Of a DNA stretch of 64,000 nt, positions 43,710 to 53,323 are shown piece after piece. The position numbers and the translations under genes were made by a program. The stretch is from NCBI GenBank assembly GCA_016213135.1, contig JACRBQ010000036.1:25010-89009 (forward strand), in the 5' to 3' direction. Source of the stretch: Chloroflexota bacterium. Its GTDB lineage: Bacteria > Chloroflexota > Anaerolineae > Anaerolineales > VGOW01. Below the pieces are notes generated by a model. The model ran no database searches. It was not told where the DNA came from and saw nothing but the letters and a program-made list of their open reading frames with translations. The stretch's first letter is position 1, and each line of letters opens with the position of its first letter.

Positions 43710-45356
43710 TTAGACCTCTTGATCGGCTTTCACGCGATTCCGGCCCGCATTCTTCGCTGCGTACAACGCCCGGTCGGCGCGCTCAATCAGATCCGTATCG
43801 GTGATCCCGCTGGCGCAAGTCGCCACACCCAGGCTCGCCGTCAGGCGGCCCAACGGGAATGGGAAGGCTTCCACCGCCGCGCGGATTTTCTCGGCCGCCG
43901 CCAGCGCGCCCTCCAATTCCGTCTCCGGCAAGACGACGGTGAACTCTTCGCCGCCGTAGCGCGCCACCAGGTCGGCCCCACGCACGTTCTTCAGCAGGAT
44001 GCGCCCCACCTGCTGCAAGACGGCGTCGCCGGCCGGGTGGCCGTGTGCGTCATTGTATTGTTTGAAGTGGTCAATGTCCAGCATGAGCAGCGCCAGGCCG
44101 TGCCGGTAACGCGCGCACGCGGCCAGTTCCTTCTGGATGAAAGTGTCGAGATAGCGGTGGTTGTATAGCCCGGTCAGCCCGTCGGTGATCGACTCGCGCA
44201 AAACCTGTTCGTGCAGTTGCGCCTTTTCGAGCGCTACCGACACCTGGTTGGCCAGCGATTGGAGCGTCGCCGCCTCGTTGGCGTCGAAGGTGGTCTCGTC
44301 TTTGCGCCGCACGGTCATTACCCCGATTACCTGCGAGTCGGAGCGCAGCGGCAGGGCCAGTTCACTCGTCGGCATCGGGCGCCGGGTCGGTATCTCCGTC
44401 AGGTCGCTAAGCGCGATCCGTCCGCCGACCTCCGGGCACGGGTCGCAGTCCTCGCACGCACAGGCTTTGACGAGCACGGCGTCGCCGTCCAGCAGGCCGA
44501 TGCTCGTTCGGTAGAAGCCAAATCCCTGGCAGACCGATGTGACCACTGCTTGAAGCAACTCATCCACCTGGAGGATCGCCATCAGTCGGGAACTGACCTC
44601 GTTGAGCGTAGCCAATTGGCGGGCGCGCTCCTGCTCCTGATCGTAGAGGCGCGCATTGACCACCGCTGTGGCGAATTGGGCCGCAAGTTGCTCAGCCAGC
44701 GCCACGTGTTCGGCGGTGTAGGCGTTCGCCCGGCGTGCCCCCAGATTCAAGACGCCGATCACCTGTGCCTGAGCGACGATGGGCACGACCATGGCCGCGC
44801 GAATGCCCTCCTGCGCCAGCCGCGCGTCCATGGGTGAGGTCTGTTCGCGCTCGAGGTCGCCGACGAGGTTCGTCTGACGCCGGGCGATGGCATCGGCCAC
44901 GCGCGCGTTGTCCTTCATTGGCACCAGCCTCCCCCGGCCAATCTGCTGGGCCATGAGGCCCGAGGCGGCCAGCATTCTCAGCGCCTGCGCGGCTTCATCC
45001 AGAATGCCGAGGCTGGCGCGGTCAAGCGGCAACAGTTCCCGGGCTTCGGCTACGAAGGCCTCGAACGCAGTCTGGAGGTCGAGGGTGGAGTTGATGACTT
45101 GAATCAGGCGGTTGAGCGCCGCCAGTTCGCGGCTGCGGTGAAGAATCGTGTCTTCGCGTTTCCCGATCTGGCTGAAGACGGCACGGGAGAACAGAAACGC
45201 GCCGACGGCCGTCGCGCCGATGGTCAGCGCAAAAGCGATCTCTACAGAGAGCAGGCTCGGGATACGGAAGTATGCGGCGTAGGCGAGCAGCGCGACGAAG
45301 GCCGTCGGCGCGGCTACGGCGACCCACCGCATGGATCGTAGACGGAGTGCGTCCAT
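43710..45356 (-). CDS. Membrane-anchored tandem-GAF diguanylate cyclase (GGDEF)
   Basis: Two N-terminal TM helices, two GAF-like regions, and a GGDEF domain (LLMLDIDHFKQYND, RYGGEEFTVVL). Confidence 0.88.
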   Translation of the reverse strand: MDALRLRSMRWVAVAAPTAFVALLAYAAYFRIPSLLSVEIAFALTIGATAVGAFLFSRAVFSQIGKREDTILHRSRELAALNRLIQVINSTLDLQTAFEAFVAEARELLPLDRASLGILDEAAQALRMLAASGLMAQQIGRGRLVPMKDNARVADAIARRQTNLVGDLEREQTSPMDARLAQEGIRAAMVVPIVAQAQVIGVLNLGARRANAYTAEHVALAEQLAAQFATAVVNARLYDQEQERARQLATLNEVSSRLMAILQVDELLQAVVTSVCQGFGFYRTSIGLLDGDAVLVKACACEDCDPCPEVGGRIALSDLTEIPTRRPMPTSELALPLRSDSQVIGVMTVRRKDETTFDANEAATLQSLANQVSVALEKAQLHEQVLRESITDGLTGLYNHRYLDTFIQKELAACARYRHGLALLMLDIDHFKQYNDAHGHPAGDAVLQQVGRILLKNVRGADLVARYGGEEFTVVLPETELEGALAAAEKIRAAVEAFPFPLGRLTASLGVATCASGITDTDLIERADRALYAAKNAGRNRVKADQEV

Positions 45357-45409
45357 ATCGTTTCCCTCGGTATGGCTAAACTAGTAGTCCGCCAATGTTA
45401 GAACGCTGT

Positions 45410-45458
45410 GTAGTTTAGCCCCTTGTGCGCGTGCGCCGCCCACAAGGGGCTAGGCTAC
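45410..45458. repeat. REP-like palindromic element (family copy 3, best preserved)
   Basis: GTAGTTTAGCCCCTTGTG-CGCGTGCGCCGCC-CACAAGGGGCTAGGCTAC. Confidence 0.55.
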
Positions 45459-45486
45459 GACTATGCGATCCAAATTTGGTGAACTA

Positions 45487-46562
45487 CTAGCCTGTGTTTG
45501 ACGCCAAGAACACCTCTACTATCGCCGGGTCAAAATGCCTACCGGCCTGCTCTCTAATATACTCCCATATTGTATCTTCCGGCCAACCTTTGCGGTAGGG
45601 CCGGTCGGAGCGCAGCGCATCCCCACATCCACTACGGCGAAGATGCGCGCCGCCAGCGGGATTTCCTGCCCTTTCAACCCGCGCGGGTAGCCCGTGCCAT
45701 CCCACTTTTCGTGATGGCAATACGGAATATCGAGCGCCGGACGGAGGTAGGCGATGGGCAGAAGCATTTCGTACGCATAGGCCGGGTGCTTGCGCATGAT
45801 CTCCCACTCCCCGTCGCCGAGGGGGCCGGCCTTGAGCAGAATGCGGTCGGGAATGCCCATCTTGCCAATGTCGTGCAACAGCGCGCCGCGGCGGATGTGG
45901 ACCAGTTCTTCTTCGCCCAGCTCCATCGTTTGCGCGAGGCGCAGCGTCCTAGTGGTGACGCGCCGGGTGTGGCCTTCGGTCTCCAGGTCGCGCAGTTCGA
46001 GGGCGCGCGCCCAGCCTTCGAGGGTGGCGTCGTAGGCCAGGTTCAACTCGACGTTCGAGTGTTGCAAACCTTCGAACAGGCGAACATTGTCCATAGCAAT
46101 GGCCGCCTGCGTCGCCAGGGTTTCCAAGAAGTCGAGCCACGCGGGATCCCGATTGACCGGCGAGTGATGAAAGACCTCCAGCACGCCCTGCACCTCACCT
46201 TTGGCAATGAGCGGCACGGCGTAGTGCGCTACGAATCCTTCGGCGGCCCAGAGTTGGGCGCGTTGAGACGCCAGTTCGGAATCGCGCAGATCGGGAACGT
46301 GAACGGTGCGGCGTTCGAGCGCGGCTAACCCGGCATGGCCGCTCCCGATCCGAACACGACTGCGCTCGACGCCCTTCGAGCGGAAGCCGCGACCGGCAAC
46401 GTACGCCAGGGTTTGGCGGTCCGGTTCGAGCATCAGCACAGCCGCCGCATCAACGCCCAACTGGGAGACAACCGCATCGAGCAGGACATTGAAGGTCAGG
46501 CGCAGGTCAAGGCTGGCGGTGATGGCCAGGGCAATGCTGTGAAGGGCGGACAGGTGCTGCAC
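45487..46562 (-). pseudogene. GAF + HD-GYP phosphodiesterase gene with a frameshift in a G4 run (pseudogene or assembly error)
   Basis: HHEKWDGTGYPRGL...AARIFAVVDV is followed in a different frame by DALRSDRPYRKGWPEDTIWEYIREQAGRHFDP. The shift maps to GTGGATGTGGGGATGCG (about 45621-45627). Confidence 0.6.
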
Positions 46563-46588
46563 GCGCCGTTCGACTTGTTCGTGCAGGG

Positions 46589-46816
46589 CAGCGCGGGGTC
46601 GCTGATGGCGGCGAGGGAGATGAAGTGGACGCCGTCGGGGAAATCGTCAGTGGCGTCCGCCGCCGTTTGAATGGCGAGCCGGGTCTTGCCCATCCCACCG
46701 GGGCCGGTGAGGGTGACCAGCCTCACTTCATCGCGCCTCAAAAGGGCGCGCAACGCGGCGATTTCTTGCTCGCGTCCGATCAGGGGCGTGGGCGGGGTGG
46801 GGAGGCCGGGGAGCAT
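46589..46816 (-). pseudogene. N-terminal P-loop NTPase fragment of a large ATP-dependent regulator
   Basis: [44 protein letters not shown]. Homology ends after about 76 aa and runs out of frame into the GAF gene. Confidence 0.4.
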
Positions 46817-46926
46817 AGCCGGATTATACGCCCGGCCTCGGAGCGTCGGGAAACGGCACGGCGCGCAAAAACAAAACGGCCTGATGGGGTTGTCCATCAG
46901 GCCATTGTGAGCCAATAAGTTGGCGG

Positions 46927-47355
46927 CTACGCCGTTTGCGGGGCCGCGCCGAGCTGTTGCATCATACCCGCGAAGTCAGCCTGGTTCCAGCGTTCTACGA
47001 TGGCGTTACCCGCAATACGGTCAATGGTGATCCCGGTTAACGTGATCGTCTTGCCAGTGGCGGGGATACCCATGAACGGCCCGATGTGAGTTCCTCGAAA
47101 CGTCCACCGCCAGGCGACCTTGTCCCCTTCGGCGATCAGGTCATCAATCGTCGAAGAGGCGTCGGAGAAGGCGGCGCTGAACATGGTGAAGAGTTGTTTG
47201 AGGCCCTCTCGGCCGGGCGTAGCGCCAGGGAGCGCAGTGCGGTCAACGAAATCGGCGGCAAACACTTCATCCAGCACGGCCGCATTTCCCTCGTTCCACA
47301 CCCCCTGAATGAGTCGGCGAATGACGGCTTTGTTTTGTTCTTGCAGGGTAGACAT
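46927..47355 (-). CDS. Ester cyclase (SnoaL-like polyketide cyclase fold)
   Basis: [32 protein letters not shown] and [30 protein letters not shown] Shine-Dalgarno before ATG 47355. Confidence 0.75.
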   Translation of the reverse strand: MSTLQEQNKAVIRRLIQGVWNEGNAAVLDEVFAADFVDRTALPGATPGREGLKQLFTMFSAAFSDASSTIDDLIAEGDKVAWRWTFRGTHIGPFMGIPATGKTITLTGITIDRIAGNAIVERWNQADFAGMMQQLGAAPQTA

Positions 47356-47387
47356 GGTTGATTCTCCTTTACGTGTGAATAATTCCA

Positions 47388-47822
47388 TTACGCCGCTTTG
47401 GGCTTGGAAAACAGATAAGCGCCATAAATGAGCGTGAAAATCGCTGCAAATCCAACGTCCGCCCAGGCCACGGCGCTCATGGTTTCCAAGGTTAGTTTTC
47501 CGATGAGGATAACCAGACCTCCAATTCCCCAACTCACACAGAATTTAAAGGCCACCGCTCGCAAGGTCTCTCGGCTTTGAGCATTCAGGACAAACAACGC
47601 CAACAGGCAATCGCTGATCGCGGCGGGGGACAACAGCCGAGTCGTGAAAAGGGTCGCCGCATCAACGCTCAACCCGTGCATTTCGAGAAATTTCTCCGGC
47701 GCGAAAAACAAGGTTACGGCATACAAGCCGTCGAGAAAGGCCGTGATAATTAGCAGCGTTTTCATGTTGAGCGTGACGGGCCGATGAAGAATGATCTGGC
47801 TTTGTTCTGGCAGGGTGGACAT
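47388..47822 (-). CDS. Hypothetical 4-TM membrane protein
   Basis: ORF with AAGGAG Shine-Dalgarno 8 nt upstream. Hydrophobic segments. No recognised domain. Confidence 0.5.
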   Translation of the reverse strand: MSTLPEQSQIILHRPVTLNMKTLLIITAFLDGLYAVTLFFAPEKFLEMHGLSVDAATLFTTRLLSPAAISDCLLALFVLNAQSRETLRAVAFKFCVSWGIGGLVILIGKLTLETMSAVAWADVGFAAIFTLIYGAYLFSKPKAA

Positions 47823-47936
47823 GGTTGGCTCTCCTTGTTAGAGTGTTAGCGCCAGTCTACGTCCACCGGGGCGAAGCCGCATCGCGTGTTCGCGCTATTT
47901 TTGAATCGGGTTCGGGGAGGGGCCGGGGAGCGCGGC

Positions 47937-49514
47937 CTAAGACGAGGCGCTGTCGGCTGGGTCGTGAAGGAGGTTGTGGTGCATCGTAAAGAGGGTGGCC
48001 GCCGCGCGGGTGGACACATCAATCTTGTCGTAGATGTGCCGGATGTGATGGCCGGCCGTATGCGGCGAGATGCTTAAGCGCTGGGCGATTTCCCGGTTCG
48101 ACAGACCTCGGGCGACGAGGCGCAGCACTTCCACTTCCCGGTCGGTCAGCCCGGCCACCCACGCCCGCCGCGCCGGCGTGGCCCGGTGGCCCGCCGCCAG
48201 CACGGCGTTGGCTGCCTCGCCATCCAAGCGGCCCGCGCGCACTTCGGCCCGCAGTGTTTCGGCGGCGGCATCAGGCGAGAGCGCCGGGCGATGCGGGCGC
48301 GGCTCGGTCATCGCATGATAGGCGTCGGCGGCGGCCAGGATGCGCGCCAGCGGCGAGAGCATGCTGGCGGGTAGGCGGCGAGGATAGCCGGAGCCGTCGA
48401 GCCGCTCGTGGTGGGCCGCGCCTATCGCGCCGAGTTGGGCGAGCGGCTTGGCGCGCGACAGGATGCGCTCGGTGTAGTAGGGATGCAGGCGCACACTCTC
48501 CCACTCACCATCCGTCAGCGCCCCCGGTTTATTCCAGAGGAGGGTCGAGACACCTACCTGGCCCAAGTCGTGCAGGTAGGCCGCCTGCCGCACGCTGACC
48601 ACATCAGACTCGGGCAGGTCGCAGTGCCGGGCCGCGGCGGCGGCCAATCGGGCCACGCCGCTGGAATGGTTCACCGTGTAGGTCGTTTTCAAATCTACGA
48701 AATCGGCCACGGCCCGGGAGGCCGTTTCCAGTTGCTCCTCCGAGAGCCGCAGGCGCGGCCCCGGTTCAGCCTCGAGTACGGCGGCCCAGATGGAGTCCAC
48801 CTCCAACGCCTGGCACAAGCGGGGCGCATCCCGACAAAAACGCTCGACCAGCGCGGGATCGAATGCCCCTCCCGACCACTTGCGGGCCATGTTCACCGCA
48901 CCCTCGACGCCGCCGACCCGGTGAAACACCGCTGCCCCATGCGCCAGGTTTGCCACCCGCATGACAAGCAGGGTGGCCTCGCCTTTGAGACCGGTTGGCA
49001 GGCCGTGTCCATCCCAGCGCTCGGTCACTTGCCCCAACGCTGTCTGCACTGTCTCGTTTAGCCCAAGCCGCCCGGCCAGCATTTGGCCGACCTCGCAATG
49101 GCTCGTCATCAACTCATGGTTGTTCCCCGCCATCGTAGCGATGGCGGCGGCCAGGGCGGAGGCGCGTTGCAGAGGCGGAAGCCCGGCGCCGACGAATTGG
49201 ATGATGGCTCGCAGTGACTCGGCCTGGCTGGTGTAGTCTACGAGGGGTGTTTGAGCGCGAAAGGCATTCGTGTCGCCGAAGATGGCCGCGAGGAGGTGAT
49301 TGGAAGCAGTGCAACCGATGAAGCGCAGGAGCGTGAGGTAATAGAGATCGCTGAGATCGGCGTCGCTCAATCCGAGCGTTTCTCCCAGACGGACCGCCAG
49401 CAGGCAGGCGCGCAATGCCTTTTCCATTGGCTCGCCGGTGCCGATGTCGGTGGCGAGGGAGAGGGCGGCCATGAGTTCGGCGAGGCGGTACTCGGTTGTG
49501 GTTGGCGCCGGCAT
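47937..49514 (-). CDS. HD-domain (HD-GYP-related) signalling protein with C-terminal LuxR HTH (paralogue of 24735-26288)
   Basis: LHDLGQVGVS and HHERLDGSGYPR, then LTDREVEVLRLVARGLSNREIA. Confidence 0.8.
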   Translation of the reverse strand: MPAPTTTEYRLAELMAALSLATDIGTGEPMEKALRACLLAVRLGETLGLSDADLSDLYYLTLLRFIGCTASNHLLAAIFGDTNAFRAQTPLVDYTSQAESLRAIIQFVGAGLPPLQRASALAAAIATMAGNNHELMTSHCEVGQMLAGRLGLNETVQTALGQVTERWDGHGLPTGLKGEATLLVMRVANLAHGAAVFHRVGGVEGAVNMARKWSGGAFDPALVERFCRDAPRLCQALEVDSIWAAVLEAEPGPRLRLSEEQLETASRAVADFVDLKTTYTVNHSSGVARLAAAAARHCDLPESDVVSVRQAAYLHDLGQVGVSTLLWNKPGALTDGEWESVRLHPYYTERILSRAKPLAQLGAIGAAHHERLDGSGYPRRLPASMLSPLARILAAADAYHAMTEPRPHRPALSPDAAAETLRAEVRAGRLDGEAANAVLAAGHRATPARRAWVAGLTDREVEVLRLVARGLSNREIAQRLSISPHTAGHHIRHIYDKIDVSTRAAATLFTMHHNLLHDPADSASS

Positions 49515-49564
49515 CGCCAGTATTATACGACTTCGAAAATCGGACGCTGGGTGAGGCCAATGTC

Positions 49565-49741
49565 TTACGCGGCTGAGGCGCTTGAGGCGCGCAAGATCCG
49601 CATGAGCGCCTCAAACTCCTCGCGGCAGTCCGGGCACATGTCGAGATGTTTCTGGACCAGCGGCATCAGTTTGGCGGCGTCCTCGCCGCGTCGAACGGCT
49701 TCGGCAAATTGGTCGAGCAGACGGTGAACGTCGTCGCAGGA
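49565..49741 (-). pseudogene. 5'-truncated copy of the zf-HC2 anti-sigma gene
   Basis: SCDDVHRLLDQFAEAVRRGEDAAKLMPLVQKHLDMCPDCREEFEALMRIL closely parallels 12452-12772 at protein and nucleotide level. It has no N-terminal part and is out of frame with the upstream PAS ORF. Confidence 0.5.
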
Positions 49742-50090
49742 TACAGTGCGTTGATACGAATTCACCGTCGGGTGACAGGCGCGAAGTGGTAACCCCTTCG
49801 AAGTGAATCGTCCTCCCATCTTTGGCTCGCCAGCGCACCTCGTACATTCTCTCCCGGCCCCCTGCCACGTCGCGCAACACCTGCTGGATAACCGGGCGAT
49901 CTTCAGGAATGACGAGGTCCTGCAAGATATTCATGCCGAGAAGCTCGACGCGCGAGTATCCGGTCAGCGCCTCCGTCCGGCGGTTGATATCCAGCAGCCG
50001 CCCGCCCCTATCGACGTGAAAGATTACATCGAAGGCTGATTCGAAAACGGCCTGGTTCTGGCTCTCGGGTTGCCGCAGCACCTCATCCAT
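49611..50090 (-). CDS. Single PAS-domain protein; its C-terminal ~45 codons read out of frame through the anti-sigma fragment
   Basis: FESAFDVIFHVDRGGRLLDINRRTEALTGYSRVELLGMN...RWRAKDGRTIHFEGVTT. PAS homology ends near 49742. Confidence 0.6.
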   Translation of the reverse strand: MDEVLRQPESQNQAVFESAFDVIFHVDRGGRLLDINRRTEALTGYSRVELLGMNILQDLVIPEDRPVIQQVLRDVAGGRERMYEVRWRAKDGRTIHFEGVTTSRLSPDGEFVSTHCILRRRSPSARPICRSRSTRRGRRQTDAAGPETSRHVPGLPRGV

Positions 50091-50148
50091 AGGTTACACT
50101 CGCTTCGTGAGACTGCCGGTTCCGTGCCGGCGGCACAATTTCGCAAGA

Positions 50149-52116
50149 TCATCGCTTCGCTGAATCAGGGGCAGTCAGGGATTCGGCGCGCAGCCGCGCC
50201 CATTCCTCTTCCGGCACTTGCAGGAAGGCCTCGACTGCGCGCGGGTCGAATTGTGTCCCCCACCCGGCTTCGATCTCTGCGCGGGCAACGGCGTAGGGCC
50301 GGCCGGCGCGATACGGGCGGTCGGAGGTGATGGCGTCGAAGGTGTCGGCCACGGGGAAAATGCGCGCACCCGGCGGGATGGCCTCGCCCGCCAACCCCCG
50401 CGGGTATCCTGCGCCATCCCAGCGTTCCTGGTGGGCGCAGACGATTTCGCGCGCACCGTCGAGGAACGGGATACCCTGCAAGATGCGCTCGCCCCACTCG
50501 GGGTGGCAACGCATGATAGCCCGTTCAGCGTCCGTGAGCGGGCCGGGTTTGAGCAGGATGGCGTCCGGCACGCCGATCTTGCCGATGTCGTGCAGGAGCG
50601 CGCCGCGCCGGATCGTGGCCAGATCTTCCTCGGAGATGTTCATCCGGCGAGCCAGGGCCAGGGTGTAAGCAACGACACGGCGCGAATGACCCTCGGTTTC
50701 CTTGTCCCGCGCATCGAGCGCGGCGGCCAGCGCGTCGAGCGTGTGATCGTACGAAGTCGCCAGTTGCCGGGCCTGCTGTTGTTCGGATTCCAGCAACGCC
50801 TCTCGCTCCCGTTGCAAGTTCTTCAATTCCGTGATGTCCCGGTTGACGCCGACATAAGCCGCCGGCCGGCCGCGCTCATCTTTAACGGTAGAAACCGTGA
50901 GGAAGGAATCCCACGTCGTCCCGTTCTTGCGCCGGTTGGCGATCTCTCCGGCCCAATATCCCTGTGTGAGGATCTGCTCCCACATCTGCCGATAGAATGC
51001 CGGCGTGCTGTGCGGCGACTTGATCAGGCCGGGCTTCTGTCCCAGCGCCTCGGCGCGTCGAAAGCCGGTGAGCCGCTCGAAGGCCGGGTTGACATCCAAA
51101 ATGCGCGACTGCAGGTCGGTGATCATCACCGCATCCACCGTGCTCTCGAAAACATCCTTGTAGAGTCGCAACTCTTCAAAGAACATGGCGCGCTGCAGCG
51201 CAGTGCCGGCCTGGTTGGCAATCAGCCCCAACAAGCGCACGTCGTGGTCGTCAAAGGGGCCGGGCGCAGCGCGGTTGACTTGCAGAGCGCCGAGTACCCG
51301 CTCGCCGGCCAGCATGGGCACGCTTAATGCGGAGCGCAAGCCCAACTCGAGTAACTCGACAGGCACACGGAAGCGTGTTTCGCTTGCCATGTCGGCCGTC
51401 TGCACCGGCGTGCGTTGGGCAAAAGCGTAGCCGGCGGCGGTTTCCTCGCCCACTTCGAACGAGCGCGCCGCCGAGGCCTGCCCGGCTCCCGGAACGCCGG
51501 CCGGGGCGTTCCAGCCGATAGAGGCCAGCGCCTCGAGCCGCCGGCCGGCCGTGTCCGGCAGCAACAAGCCGCCGGCGTCGGCCTTCAAAGAAGCCAGCGC
51601 CGCTTCGAGCGTGTGCCGGGCGATCTCGGCCAGATCGAGAGTCTCCAACAAGCGACTCGACAGCTGCGCCATCGCGGCGAGTTCCTCAACGTGGTGGGCC
51701 TCGCGCTGCGCCCGCTCCGTGATGTCCCGAATGACGCTCACGACCAGCACGCCGTCCGCGGTTTCCAGAGGACTCAAGCTGCATTCTATCGGGAATTCAC
51801 TGCCATCCTTGCGCCGGGCCACGGGCAGCCGGGCGGACCCCATGGGCCGGACAGCGGGCGCGGCATGGTAGTCTGCGCGCTGCCCCACGTGGGCTGTGTG
51901 CAGCCGATCGGGAAGCAAGACCTCGACGAATTGGCCGAGCAACTCCTCCCGGCGGTAGCCGAACAGCCTCTCCGCCTGGGCGTTGACGAGCGCAATGCGA
52001 CCATCGCGGTCGGCGACCACCACGGCGTCCGGCGCGGATTCCAGGAGTTTCGGAGAGAGCGCCTGGTAAGTTTCGGTGTGTGGCGAGTGTGATTGCTTCA
52101 CGTGATCAGCTCCCAA
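50149..52116 (-). CDS. PAS-GAF-PAS-HD-GYP multidomain signalling protein
   Basis: Two PAS blocks (DRDGRIALVNAQAERLFGY, DLQSRILDVNPAFERLTGF), a GAF region, and HD-GYP (LLHDIGKIGVP, HQERWDGAGYPRGL). Confidence 0.88.
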   Translation of the reverse strand: MGADHVKQSHSPHTETYQALSPKLLESAPDAVVVADRDGRIALVNAQAERLFGYRREELLGQFVEVLLPDRLHTAHVGQRADYHAAPAVRPMGSARLPVARRKDGSEFPIECSLSPLETADGVLVVSVIRDITERAQREAHHVEELAAMAQLSSRLLETLDLAEIARHTLEAALASLKADAGGLLLPDTAGRRLEALASIGWNAPAGVPGAGQASAARSFEVGEETAAGYAFAQRTPVQTADMASETRFRVPVELLELGLRSALSVPMLAGERVLGALQVNRAAPGPFDDHDVRLLGLIANQAGTALQRAMFFEELRLYKDVFESTVDAVMITDLQSRILDVNPAFERLTGFRRAEALGQKPGLIKSPHSTPAFYRQMWEQILTQGYWAGEIANRRKNGTTWDSFLTVSTVKDERGRPAAYVGVNRDITELKNLQREREALLESEQQQARQLATSYDHTLDALAAALDARDKETEGHSRRVVAYTLALARRMNISEEDLATIRRGALLHDIGKIGVPDAILLKPGPLTDAERAIMRCHPEWGERILQGIPFLDGAREIVCAHQERWDGAGYPRGLAGEAIPPGARIFPVADTFDAITSDRPYRAGRPYAVARAEIEAGWGTQFDPRAVEAFLQVPEEEWARLRAESLTAPDSAKR

Positions 52117-53087
52117 TCATGCGGCAGGAAGTGAAGAGGCAAGATGAAAGTGAGCGTTTCGGGCAGGAAGCATTCGCGGTCGTCACAGGCCTGGTAGCGC
52201 AGCCGGGCGGCCACCTGAATGTTCCCCTCGCCGTCCCTGCTTCCACCCAGGCACTGAGCCCGGATCGCCAGTCGGCCGGTGTAGGCGGGTAGTCTCTCAC
52301 CCAGGGCTTCGACTTCCACCCCCTCAGGCTCCGGGTAAACAACCTGACTCAGCGAGAGCGCCTCGTTTTCATCCAGGGTCAGTTCCACCGGAATATGCCC
52401 CTCAGGCAGTGGACGGCCATAAATGTGCAAGCCGTCTGCCAGTGAGATATCAACTGTCAGCGTCGTCAACTGCCCCTTGCGAATCGTCGGCGAGGCGAAG
52501 TACGCCCGAGCCGCGAGGTGAGGCGTGGTAACGACCTGCGCCTCCCCTCGTTCCAGGTCCGCTACCCGGAAACTTCCCTGCAGCAGGTCATTGACCGACT
52601 CGCGGATGCGATGGTTGGCGATGAAACTCTTGTCAAACACACGCCCATCCCGGCCTACGGCATACACCCCCGGGTAAGGAACGCCGTACCACTCATGATC
52701 TTCGGGTATGTTCGTGTTCAGAATGCCGAAGGCTCGGATTACGTGACTCCCCTCGTCTGAGAGAAGAGGGTAGGTGATCTCGTATTTCTGTGCGAACTTC
52801 CGCAGGACAGCCTGCGAGTCCGGGCTGATCGCAAAAGCCCGGATACCGTTGCGGTTAAGCGTCTCCAGATTGCGTTGCAGTTCGACCAACTGCGATTTGC
52901 AATAGCCTCACCAGGAGGCGCTGCGGTAAAAGATGATCAGCGCCCGATCCGCGCCTCGAGTAGCCGAGAACCGGATTAATCTCCCGAACTGATCCGGTAA
53001 GGTAAAGTCCGGCGCCAGTTCGCCGATGGCCGGCCCCGTTGGAAAGTTCTCGCCAGTCGGATCTTCCTGGATCGATTTTGATGCCAT
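52098..53087 (-). CDS. Peroxiredoxin/AhpC-TSA domain fused to a DsbD-N-like domain, selenocysteine-containing; in-frame UGA at 52908-52910
   Basis: ATG 53087 (Shine-Dalgarno GAAAGGAAGA) opens MASKS...ELAPDFTLPDQFG...LIIFYRSASW-U-GYCKSQ, in frame with track ORF 52098-52889. The C-terminus carries RLRYQACDDRECFLP (DsbD-alpha-type). Confidence 0.8.
52870..52902 (-). promoter_or_regulatory. Candidate bacterial SECIS stem-loop
   Basis: UUGC-AAAUC-GCAGUU-GGUCG-AACUGC-AAC-GCAA: two-tier stem with apical loop GGUCG, starting 8 nt after the U of UGA. Confidence 0.55.
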
Positions 53088-53323
53088 CGTTCTTCCTTTC
53101 TCAATTCAGTTTCGCGCTTGCGCTGGCCGCCGGCCAGTTCGCAGCGTGAACTTCTCCCGGTGCAACTGTCAACGTGACCGATTGTACCTCACGGGGCGCT
53201 TGAGCGCCCAGTATGTCCCATCATAAAACAGTGTCCTGGCAGGAGAGGCAGGATAGCCTGCCGGACGGCGCAGAGGTAAGATTCAGAGCACTCGCCGCGT
53301 CTAACAGTAGAAAGGAGTCAGCG

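Noticed and set aside
47341-47840. Two adjacent minus-strand genes with near-identical translation-initiation regions (AAGGAGA-N-CAACCATGTC; proteins start MSTLQEQ and MSTLPEQ)
   Set aside because: The similarity covers only about 31 nt and the proteins are otherwise unrelated (ester cyclase versus membrane protein). It is probably a small local duplication or chance convergence of strong initiation regions, so it is not developed further.
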